Source: Auanema rhodensis (Eukaryota; Animalia; Nematoda). Taken from it: a stretch of 64,000 nt of DNA. The notes under the pieces were generated by a model. It worked only from the letters and a program-made list of their open reading frames with translations, did not search any database and was not told where the DNA came from. A program made the position numbers and the translations under genes. The stretch lies in NCBI GenBank assembly GCA_964057225.1, contig OZ059899.1, positions 12,276,001 to 12,340,000 on the forward strand. The letters run 5' to 3'. Positions 32,171 through 44,300 of the stretch are shown piece after piece; positions within the stretch are counted from its first letter, which is position 1, and the number at the start of each line of letters is the position of its first letter.

Positions 32171-34154
32171 ATGAGGGGGAACAGTTCCAGAGGTAGAGTA
32201 GATTCAGGCCGTGGTGGAGGAATAAAAAAGCTTGATAGAAGTAGATCCAGAAGTCCATCCAGAAATGTCAGAAAACTATCAGGTTTGAAATATTTTTTTC
32301 AAGTTCATTCTTTTAATTTTTTTTTTATTTTGTATACAAATTTCTATAATAGCTTTTTGATATCTGAATCTTCCTTTTTAAAATTTCACAAAGTCACTTC
32401 TTGTTTCTGCTTCGAAAAATTAATTTTTGTTTATGTAAAATATGATAATACATTTCCCTCTTTTTTTAATATTTTTTGTGGTCTAGGTGATCGTGAACGA
32501 AATGATAGAATGGTTTACATTACCAATTTGTCTTACGATGTTCGATGGGTTGAACTGAAATCACTTCTCCGAGAGAAGGGTGGAGAAGTACGATTCTTTT
32601 TTAATACTTTTTTTTTTAAATATATCTTATTTTTTTGAATTATTATAATTTAATCTTCAGGTTATTTTTGTTGAAGTGCTTGAAGATCGTGATGGTCGTC
32701 CGAAAGGTTGTGCTATAGCAGAGTTCCAAACAAGGCAAGGGGCTGAAGAATGTTGCAAAAATTTATCTAGATTCGAGTTCAAAGGCCGTAACCTCAACAT
32801 TAAAGAAATTAGGGTTTGTGTTTTTTTACGATTTCGAGTTTTTAAAGTTATATTTGTGTAGGATCCTGTAGCTTTTATGAGAAAAGTTAAAGAAGAAACG
32901 GGATTTGATTATTTGGCTCGTGGAGCAAAGGATCAGATTGGAGAGCGTCCCCAAAGATCAGGCACTTATGATCTCTTTGGTTTAAGTCCTGAATTTCTGA
33001 GAAAGTTGAATATTGAACCTCCTCTATGTGATAGAGTCTTCATTGCCAATGTAACCTGAGTTTACTTCGAAGTTTTTTTACTTACATAATTACAGTTGGT
33101 TTATACTTTGGGAACTGGACGTTTGTATGAAATCTTCGGACTAGCTGGAAAAATAGTTTGGATGGATCTACATCTTGACAAAGATGGTCGTAGCAAGGTA
33201 TATTAAATTATCCCAAGAATATATATATATATGTTGAAATATTTAGGGAGTATGTGTAGTCCAATATTCCCATCCTATCGAAGCTGTTCAAGCTATCTCT
33301 ATGTTCAATGGGCAAAGACTTTATGATAGGATATTAGCTGTGAAAATGGATGAATATGACAAGGTTCTAATAATACAGTATTTTATTTCTAATTTCCTTT
33401 TAAGGTTGAAGCAATACACGGTGGAGGTTTACCCAAAGGATTAATGTCAATCGGGATGGGACTCGGTGCAGATGGAGCTCCTCTGAAAGATGTAGCTTCC
33501 GTCGTGTCAATGGCTCGGACCGGTGGTCCTCCAGGGGTTTGTCAAATGTTATTATGCTGAACTCAACATTTCTATAGGTTTCAAGCTTGAATTATGGCAA
33601 TCGAGTAATGCCAGATAGCAGAAGCTCAGGCGGATATCCTCCTCTCTCTGGTGCAGCTTCTCAAAACATGGGGCGAATGAGTAGCAATGTTGGTCATACT
33701 TTGAATACCGCTCTAGGATTTGGAAGTAGTGTTAGCAGTGATAGTCTCCTAAATGGAACTCAATATGGATCTCCCGGTATGTTATCGACCTTTTTAAGTA
33801 TTCTCCACATTTTGAGATTTTGAAGGTATGTATGGTCGCCAGTCTTCCTCACCATGGGTATTTATAAAAAATGTAAATTTTTAACTTATAGTCCTTTCTT
33901 ATTGAATCATTGAATTTCAGTTGCCCCATGATTATACCAGACAAATCGTCCGAGATAGAGTGCTACAATTTGGTCCAATGGAAACTGTAGAAATGGTAGC
34001 TCCAGGTTGCGCCCGTATAAGATTTACTCGAGCGCAGGTAAGCTAATATTGAACTATCAGTGAAACCTGCAAGTTGCAGGATGCTGAGAGGATGCGGATG
34101 ACTCTTGATGGTACAAGTGTCGAGGACAGGATCATAACTGTTGAATATATGTAG
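32171..34154 (+). CDS. sup-46: hnRNP M / MYEF2-like protein with three RRMs (sup-46-like)
   Basis: RRM1 RMVYITNLSYDVRWVELKSLLREKGGEV...GRPKGCAIAEF; RRM2 DRVFIANL...DKDGRSKGVCVVQYSHPIEAVQAISMFNGQRLYDR; linker LPKGLMSIGMGLGADGAPL typical of hnRNP M; C-terminal RRM3 ending TVEYM with TAG at 34152-34154. The gene symbol is recalled from the C. elegans orthologue. Confidence 0.85.
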
Positions 34155-35385
34155 ATATTAAAAGAAGCTTGAATAGTACAAATATAATTACATGTATTAC
34201 ATCTTTTATTTATTTCTATCTCACGTATTACGGTTACTTTTTTTGCATTGATTTTCAAGCAAGCAATACACAACTTTGCATACAGTTATATACATACATG
34301 CATGCTTATTGTTGTAATAAATTTTATCAAATTACTTTTCTTTATTTGCCAACACAACACAATCAGCTTTAAGCTCATCTTTTCCTTTCTGGTAAGTGAG
34401 CGAATTGGCGCGTCAAACAATCAGAGCATGATGAAACGACTCTTGTAAAGCAATTGAATTCAGCGCTCAACGGTTCATTACCGTATTCTCGAACTAATAT
34501 GATTTTCCAGACAAAGCCGTCCGTTTGCTGAAAACTCTACGCCCCTTTTGCCTCTCAATCACAGATTAGTGCTCTAGCGCGGTTACATCTCTTCTGATTT
34601 ATGCATCTTCATGTATGCATGTGTGTATGCGCGTGAATATACGTGCACATTTGAGCATGTTTGTGTGTGGCACGTTAACAACCTTTTCTCTCCAAACAAC
34701 ACCTAGCAAGATGCATTTCAATGCACTTTTCCTGGTTACTCAGATTTTAAACTACAGTACACTAAATGAAGTAGCGACCTAACACTTCGTTGTTGTCACA
34801 AGCTTATGCTTCAAGTTTTTATACACACTTAGATATATTTATCTTAACTGATGGAACTACGTAAACTTGGTGTTCCATGAGCTCCTTAACACGCAAGCTT
34901 AAAAACTTTTCTTTTTTTTTCATTTTCTTTTAAAAACAAAGAGAGAGTTGTCTGCAGTTTACTTCGATGTTCAAGAAAAAACAGCAATGTTCAGTAGGTT
35001 AATTCGACTCAGCTATATTTTCTCTAAGTTCCTTCATAAGCATGTCCATTGTTTTTCTAATATTTCAAATATGCTTCCTGTTTGTGTAGATATTTGTAGC
35101 TACATCCGATACACTAAAATTGTTTCCTTTGAACCATATAGCGGTTTCTGACAATCATTATCCACTCACCTTCTCGATTGCCATCACCTGTCTGGCTCAT
35201 TGTGATTTTCCTTCTTCCCCTTTTTCAAAATATCTCAATATACTTGTATTTTCTGAGTAAAAAAGTCAGTTTACATCATGGCTTTATACATTTCGGTTTG
35301 ATCACCAATGTCTTATATTATATTTTTCATGTTATTTTCATTTTTATGTTTTATCTTCAAATTTGCTGCTTCAGTTTTGAGAAAT

Positions 35386-36397
35386 ATGGATCTTTGTGCA
35401 GAAGCTGTACGGGAGTATCAGCGAACGATTCTAGCTTTGAGTCAACCTTCAGTATCAAGCACTGATACTGACTTGAATTCTGCGAACAATCAACTAACTC
35501 GTCTGCTAGAGCACCATCGCACTTGGATTGATAGAACGATAGGATGTCCAATTTTGGATCAACCAAAACCACAGCATTCGTATATTGGCTTGATTGCTAT
35601 GGCCATATTATCATCACCAGAGAAGAAAATGGTTTTATCTGAAGTAGGCACACCAAACATGAAGAAAATTCAAATTATATCTCATGTTCTTTGTTTAGGT
35701 TTATGAATGGATCATGTGTCGATACTCATACTTTCGTACTAGAGGCTCTGGATGGCGAAATAGCATTCGTCATAACCTAAGTTTGAACGATTGTTTTATC
35801 AAAGCTGGACGCGCAGCAAACGGAAAGGTAATAGCTTATGCTATAACATTTTAAAGACTAGCTTTTGGTGCCTTCTGTTGTATTTATTTTGTAAAAATGG
35901 AACATTTTACTGCATATGGTCAGCCAGATGAATCAACTTTGTTTTACTCTGTTTCAACTTCTAAATTGACTTAAATTAGACAACAATTATCAAAAAATAT
36001 TTAGAGACAAATTATACTATTTTTAAAACTTTCAGGGCCATTATTGGGCTGTTCACCCTGCTTGTGTTCGGGACTTTGAACGTGGAGATTTCCGTCGGAG
36101 AAGAGCTCAAAGAAAGGTTAGTTATATGATTAACCTGAAACGAAAAAAACAAAAGAATAACGTCTCACGTTTCATTTTTTTTAATTCAAAAAATAGAAGC
36201 TTTTCGTTTGTTTGAAGGTACGTCGTCATATGGGATTGTCAGTTCCTGCAGGTGATTCATCCGATGATTCTGCTCCTTCTACTCCTGTACACTTTAATCC
36301 ATTTCCATTTGTTCCATTTGTTAACAGCACTCCATCATCAACTCAGAAAAACTTTTCAATTGAGTTTCTCTTGCGAGATGTAACAACAACTCTTTGA
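35386..36397 (+). CDS. fkh-10: Forkhead transcription factor of the FoxQ2 class, 4 exons
   Basis: [32 protein letters not shown]...[60 protein letters not shown]; the basic tail matches FoxQ2/fd102C. Confidence 0.9.
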
Positions 36398-39300
36398 TGT
36401 CTCAAAGTTTTCTGAGCTTGTTTTCACTAAAAGCACAGATAATTTTATAAAAAAAGCATTATCAACTTACTTCGCAGATTTATTGTTCATATTGAATTCT
36501 ATTTCCTTGAATGCAAGGAGAATATGTAACTTTCTAAAAGCTCAATTATCACTCCCGAAATTAAAATGAAAAACCAAAATAATAATAAAATACTTTTTCT
36601 ATTCCCTGTTTATACAATCACCGGGTTATTTATATTTATGTTTAATCCCGTATTTGAAATTGTAAATAACTTTTTTTAAAATGAAAGTTTATAATAATAA
36701 AAGTTTTTATGAAAACTTTCTAAGCTTATTCGTTAATCTAATTGAATCTCAAGCTAATTGCTGTTGATTTACAGTCTTTATATGCTCTCTACTTCAATCA
36801 AGAATCAACTTCAAGCCAACTAAGTCCATTGTTAGAACAATTGAGTTATTTCTATAATTAGGGAACAGTTAGGTACAAAGGAAATCCCATGTTCACAGTA
36901 GGGAATTTTAAAAATTAAATCTAGCTTTCTACAAATGAGTTTCAGGAAAAGAAAATTCAAAATTATTGAAAGCTTGGGTAAGGAAAAATATAAAAAAAAC
37001 ATAAAAAGCTATTTGTAAACTGAATATAAATGTATAATTATATTCTATATCTTACTTTTCTCATAAAAGTCGTAGTTATCGCTTTAGAATGAAAAATAAA
37101 CATTTTTCTTTATTTGGTTTCGAAAATTGATTTGAAGATTGCAAATCTCATAAAATGGTTGAGAGGATGGCGAATTATATGATTTTTTGATTGTTTTCAT
37201 GAAAATATGTGTTTTGGCCTGGTAAAATGAAGCACTCTTGAGTAGGCTAAGGTTAAACTCAGAGAAATGACACAGGCATAAAGATTGTTTGTCTATATAA
37301 GGTAAGAGCAAACACCCTAACCGAATATCATCGATCCAGCTCTAACATAGGCATCAGCAGTACCCCTTTTGTTAGTCCTATTCTAACTTACTAGCAGCTT
37401 CGTTTTTAGATTTTTACTTGTTATTTTATTTCCTTCGTTTTCACAATGTTGTTCCCTTGTTACATTAAAGGTTTTTCCTATTGTGATACAGAAATCTTTC
37501 ATAATTCTTCGTTTTGCTTTGTTTTTTTTCTATTTGGGAGATGCTAGACTAGTTGAGAGATTGGGAGGATAATTAGTATTCTATTCATGCAATTGAAACA
37601 AGCATTTTATGTGCCAACCTTGGCCACATGGTGTCGTTTAGAAAATCTGTTCATTCTTCTCATGGCAGTGCTAGTGTAGGGCTTTCTCTATCTTCTTCTT
37701 CTTCTTTTTTTTTTTCTGTTTCTCTGCGAGATGGTTTGTCCTCTATCTCGAATCCAAATGCTGATCAAAGACGATACAACGAAGAGCAGACGATGCCTTT
37801 GCCATAAACCTTTTGCCAGAGATCTTAGTATTGAGCAACTGTTTAGAATAAGGCCGGACGTTGAAAACCGATTCAGCAAGAGATCGCCAGCAGCAGCGGC
37901 GATAGCAACAGCAGTATGAAAGTTCACGAAATTGAAGAAAAGATGTTAGCGGATAAATGAGAGAATAGCGAAAATAGTGATGTGAATAGAAATTGCAGAG
38001 ACAATTTGAAGATTTCTTGTGAACTATTGGAGAGATTGACCTTTGTGTTTGACCGTTGTGTTGTCGTGAATCGTAGTTTAACTGAAATAATGTGAAGAAA
38101 CTTTGTTGAAAAACTTTCCCAAATCCTTGTAAAGTAGAAATAACACATAGTATTCCTATACTATACTTGTTAGAAAAGGAAAAAAACATCATTGAAATAG
38201 ATTGATTAACAAAAGGTTTAGATGAAGGAACATCTGTTGAGTTGTTCATATTGTTGATTGCAATACTCACCCCTTCTGCTCGTTTCTATTCACCAGCTCC
38301 TATTCTGATCAGGAGGCATTCGTGGTAAAGTGATAGAGATAAATAGAAATAAGGAGGAAGAGATATCGAAAGGATAAAGAGAAAAGGGTGAGAGAGTGAT
38401 CAGTTTGTTGTAAAGTGAACTGCCATCCGTTGTCTTTCTTTTGCCTCCGCATTTGCCGTCTTCTGGATCACATCCACATTGACCTTATGCTTTTATTCCC
38501 TTTTGTTCTGCTCTTCTTTCCAAGCGGTCTTAATATCAGCTTAAAACCTATCTTATTAAGCATTAACTAAACTTTTTTTTCTACGTCCATCGTTCAACCA
38601 ATAGGAATTGCACAGTTTTAGTTCCAAAAATCTGTATTCTGCTTCAATTGTCTAGCCGTCTGTTGTTTTGCCTGTGGGCACTGACCATGAAGAACCCTTA
38701 GCACCTCCTACGAGTTTTCGATTATATCATCATCATCATCATCATCATGAGTCAACTTTTGTCTTTTGCTATGCGATGATATTGAAACAATCATTTTCAG
38801 TATTTCTTTTCAAAAATTCATCATTTTCTCCAAGTTCTTTGGTCGAGTTTGCAACGTTAAGTTGATCCTTTCCTCCTGTTTTCAATTGCAAAAACTTTCG
38901 ATTTTTTCAAAATTTCAGTCCAAATCTTTTGTTTGATAAGTTGTCTATGATGATTCAATTCTTTAATTTCTTCATACGTCCGATGCTGCAAACTATAGAA
39001 TTGGAATTTTTGTATAAGATACTACTTCAAACTTGTCCTAAGCTCTCTTAAGGGAATAATAGTGAACGTTAGTTGAAGCATGAAGTTTCTTTCATAATGC
39101 AAGAGATTCAGATGTAAATATGCGATACAATGATGCAAATTTTGCATTCACACTCGTCTTGTCTTATCCATTCCATAAATCTACTGAAATTAAACTTTTA
39201 TTTATACATATGACATAACGTCCATGAAACCTTACCAGACAAGAAAGTCATATAAAGGGTTTTCCATTTCATTTTTCCCTGCGGACTTTTTTCCAATAAC

Positions 39301-41311
39301 ATTCCTTCATCTCGATTATGCGAATTGAAATGAAGGCAATATTGCTAACGTATCCAATTTTACTGTACAAATTGATAGAAAATGGAAATCTCTTTTTTCA
39401 AGATTTTTAACTTAGAATTATCCAGATTTATTTCTGCACTTCTAATAAGCGTAACCTTTAATGTTTCCGAGTAATTACATAGGAGTGACCGAGGTATTGA
39501 GAGAAAGAGCAGATCGAGGGCAACTGCATAATCTCCAATTTCCTAATTATACCTTAGACCAATTAAAAGCTATTGACACCTATATGTAGATAGATTGCAG
39601 GAATGTTTTCTTACAGATAGAACAGATACAAAGTAAAAACTTCTTTTATCTATTCTCTGTTTGTGATTTGTATGGTACAGAATGTGTGAACCCTTATGGT
39701 TGAAGGCTGTATAACCCTTGTGCGTCTCTAACCATCTTCTTACTCTACCAGTCTGGCTCTCACTTCTTCTGTTACGAGTCGAGCAACCAACGCTCTTGTT
39801 TGATTGAATCATCACAGAACTGTATGTTCTAACTAGTATTTACAACTTTTCTAAGCTGAAATCAATGTATTCACCTAATTACTATGTCGCTGACATATTT
39901 CTATTACTCAATTCTCGATATTCGTTCGCTTTATGTTATGTTTAACACATATTTCCCGCTCTTTTCTCTTTTAAACATCATGGCCCACTGTACAGTGTAG
40001 ACAGAGCACTTAACTCGAACGTCGCCGTTCGTCTTCAGTCCACTTTAAGCCAATAGTTTTCTTTTATCCGCATATGGCTGTATTTGACAGTATGAATTGA
40101 AGCTTTTCAAATAGATAAATCGATTTATCGCCCAACAAAATATCTGTATATAACAGTAAAAGCAATAAATCGATATCAAATCAACAATATCTTTTGAGTT
40201 TTCTGACATTTTTTTATTTTCTCCTCATATGTTGGTTGCCTTTATCATATAGTACAAACCTAACATTTCATAATTTCTAATCACTGTTATCGCATATGCT
40301 AACTAGCTGAATGAACATTTTTTTCTTCACTAATCCTACCGTGATTCATATTTTTTTTGAAATGATAACCGTTAAATTTCAAAGTTAGTAGAATAAGAAT
40401 ATTGTGGTTAAATGGTTGTGACCTTTGGAATGTTATCATCACCATCTGTCGGATTTCCCTGTTCTGTTTCATGAGCCTAGGCCACACCAACACCAATTGA
40501 TTATACTAATAATTACTAATTGATTTTTTGATATTATTTAGTACTATAGTAAATTACTTGCATTCATTGCTGTTGCTCTCTTTCACTTGTTGCATGGGTT
40601 CTCCCCACATCCTACAAATAGTTTCGATCTCTTAGCTATTCCGCATTGATTTTCCGTTCATAGACAACACTAGTTCAATTTCAAATAGTACGTTTATGTT
40701 TGTTAGTTCCAAAGATTGAACTCTTTTCCTTATTTCTTCCTTTTAGTTTAAATTTTAATTTCTCTAATATGTTTGCGATCATAACTTCAGGAAAACAATT
40801 TATTGTTGTTGTGCAATCGAGAAATCAACATTTTTGTTCGTTTTTTCTCGTTAAATCCCTCATCTATGAGTTATCTGGTATTTTTCATTATTTCCTCTAA
40901 ACTCCCTTCTTTTCTCTAAGCTAGACATTTGGCAGCTGTGGTGCGTTGGCGTTTCGCGTTGTAACGTCCCAAGCTATTTTCACCGCCATTCTTCTGTCCT
41001 ATGATGCATCTCTATCTCTTTATCTTTATATTCTGCGATATACTTCAGTAGAATTTCGTTATCTAAATTTGCGAATCTTGGTAAAACTGCAGTTATCCGG
41101 AAATTTCTTAGGTTCTGTTAATGTTTGAGTAGTGGCATTCACCTACAGTTACGGGCTTTGACCTTTTGTCCTTGTTTCTATTTTCGCCGTTCCCTTTCTA
41201 ATTAACCTTCCTAGCCATATTTTTTTCGATATTCTTCTTCTTTAAATTAATTTGTTTGTATGATTTGATATTCAAATTATTTTCAAGATTATTTAGCCGC
41301 CGCCCATCAAA

Positions 41312-44300
41312 ATGGGAGTTTTGACATTAAATGTCATCTCCTCCGAGAGAGGATTGAAAAAAACAATGCAGTTCGACCCAACTATTCTTGTATTCGATGC
41401 CTGCAGACTTATTAGAGACAAACTGGGCCTTCAGAATACAGATCGTAAGTTTTTCTGATTTTTTCTCCTCCTTCAATAAGCCTTTGCCCGCTGTCATATA
41501 TGAATCACACTTTCGCAGTTAGCTATCTGGTATTCTGAAATGTTTCCCGAAGGACAATACATCAACTAGCGTGGCTGCTCCGCACTTATGCATAGTTTTA
41601 GTCCCTTGGGTCATTCTTCACGTCTTCGACTGGCGAAAGTATAAGCCCATAGTTGAACCTGCTCGAAGCTCTAATTGAGCTTTAGAAAATATGGAGAAGT
41701 AAAAATGCTAAGAAGGAAGGGGAACCATAGAAGTGAGAGAATGGCCGGGGGTTCTTCGAATCAATAGAAGAAACAGCATGCTCCTATAAGTAAAAGCATT
41801 ATAACTCAGTGTCCTAAACGAATAGATTAATTCTGTCCATATTTGGAGAATAAGAGGAACGGTCTCATAAAATGACAATGATGCGAGTCCTTGCGTGTAT
41901 GGAGATCATGTCACTGGCTTTGCATTTGAAAGCGTTAAAATTGAGGTCTGACATCAGCTAAAGAGCATGCTTCCAACAATTTTAGGGAGCGAGAATGGAT
42001 TGTCCCTAGAAAATGATGTTCATTCAAGATCCACATTCAGCCACTATTAGAGACTTAATGTATTTATCGATTTATAGCAATTTGATGAATATCTTAAATC
42101 TGCCCTCAATCATTGTCGTTGCTTTGGGTCCCGACTTCCTATAGAGCCGTGATTGCAGTAGATGAAATTGAATTGTCGGACTTGTACCCATAGAAACTGG
42201 CAGCAATTTGTGAACTACATGTGCAATTTGGCAGTTTGGACGTTAACCGTCTTCCTAACATAAAATTGGGGCGGAAGCAAGCTTTTTGAGATGACCATCT
42301 TTCTAATTTGAGCATACATAACATGTTACTTCCTAAAGTACTTATTAGAAATCAGTACCAAACGGGAAAAAATCAACTTACCTAAATGTATAAAATGTTA
42401 GAAATTCATGTTATCTATGTTTAAAAACTAAATATAGTTGGAAATATTGGCGATCGTGATACACCATGCACAACCGGTTAACTGATATTTCTCAATAAAA
42501 CGAAAATACAAAAACCCCGATTTGAGCTCAAATTATTCATTTCTCATCAATTGTGGTACAATTCGGTCTCATTCAAACCTCTATTCGAAAACATGGAAAA
42601 CTATATCTATGGTATATGTTTCAGCTAGTAAATATGGGCTATTTCGTGTGGAAGATGACATCACTAAAGGAGTATGGATGGACGGCGGGCGTACATTGGA
42701 ACATTATTTAGTTCGTAATCAAGTGAGCCGTGTAAAAAGCTATTTATTTTGAGATTTTTCTGTTTTAGGATCGTGTAGAATATAAAAGAAAGATCAGAGC
42801 ATTAAAAGTTAGAATGCTGGATGGAGCGGTAAAAACTGTCCCCGTAAATGAAAGTTTGCCAGTTGGACAGCTTATGCTCAGTATTTGTGGTAAAATTGGT
42901 ATTGCAAATCACGAAGAATACAGTTTGGTAAGAAATGTTTTATAGTTTTTTTGTATTCTGAATGTGTTAAGGTACGAGATGATGATGTACCAGGATCTGT
43001 TGTTAACCTTCGCGAAGAACGAATTAGAACTCAAGATGGTGATACCATGCCTAAACAGAAAGGTCCTTTAGGTCATATGATGGGAACACTCGGACGTAAG
43101 AAGGAACAGAAAGTTGAACAATTGAGGTTTACCGATATTCTGAACGTAATCATACTGCTATTTTTACAGACAAAAATTGCATACTGATGAAGAACTTGAT
43201 TGGGTTGAGCATACAAAAACATTACGTGAACAAGGAATTGAAGAAGATGAAACTTTACTGCTGCGGCGAAAATTCTTCTTCAGGTTAATAATATACCAGA
43301 TTATGATTTATTATTCATCATTTGTTGCTTTTTTTCCTGTGAAATACAGGATAGTTTACTCATCATTATAATAATCTTTTACTATAGTGACACCAATGTG
43401 GATTGTCGTGATCCGGTTCAATTACATTTGCTTTACGTACAATGCAGAGACGGAATTTTAAGGGTATATAATATTTTTTTTATCGAGTTCAACGTTTGTT
43501 TATAGGGTCTTCATCCAGTCACAAAAGAAACAGCTTGTGAACTTGGAGCTTTGCAATGCCAAATTGAATATGGAGATTTTCCTGAGAACAAGCCAAAGTT
43601 CTACGTAGAGTAAGTTATTCATATTAAATTGGTTGTTTTCTTTTTTCTTTTTTTTCTTTTCTTTTTTTTTGTGTAATGATGGAGTGAGATCAATGAGTCA
43701 ATCTACTATGAGTCAATCTACTCCGAAAGCTATTTTTTCAAGTTCAGTCTTGGTCCCCATTCCATTCCTCTGGTGGTTCTTTCCTGCTGTGCTAGTACTC
43801 GCCTCTATCGAGTTGCCAGTAGCAGCTTCTCGTATCTTCCTTCTTTCCCGAAAGCCCATTCGCTTATGCGCCCTCAATTGAGCAATTTGCGTGTTGAGTG
43901 CTTTTCGTTTTCCCCTCTTTCTTCTTTCTTCCCGCACACGCTGCCTAAATCATAAGCAGTCTACAACTTCAGTAATTCAGTTTTAGCTTAAGAGCATGGT
44001 AGAGATAAAAGAAAAGAATGAGAGGGGTGAGAAAGTTGAAAACGTAGAGAAGAAAGATGAACAAGAAATGAGCTAAAAGAAGTTTGGAAAGGAGAGACCT
44101 AGAAAAGACCGCAAGACGAGACAGAGCTATTGAAGCCTTACTGCCATCTACATAAAATGCTTTTTCCCTCTCTGTTTCTGTTTACTCTTTGGACACAGAA
44201 AATTACTATGTGCAGCTTCATGAAGTAGAATCGATATTGCCAGTTGGCCAGAGCCTTTTGCTTTTCTTTTTTTCTTTTCTTGCCATCTATCATTTTCAAC

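Noticed and set aside
34422-34538. Possible box C/D snoRNA (ATGATGA ... CTGA with a short agag/ctct stem)
   Set aside because: These boxes are common in AT-rich DNA, and I could not identify an rRNA-complementary guide; a covariance-model search would be needed.
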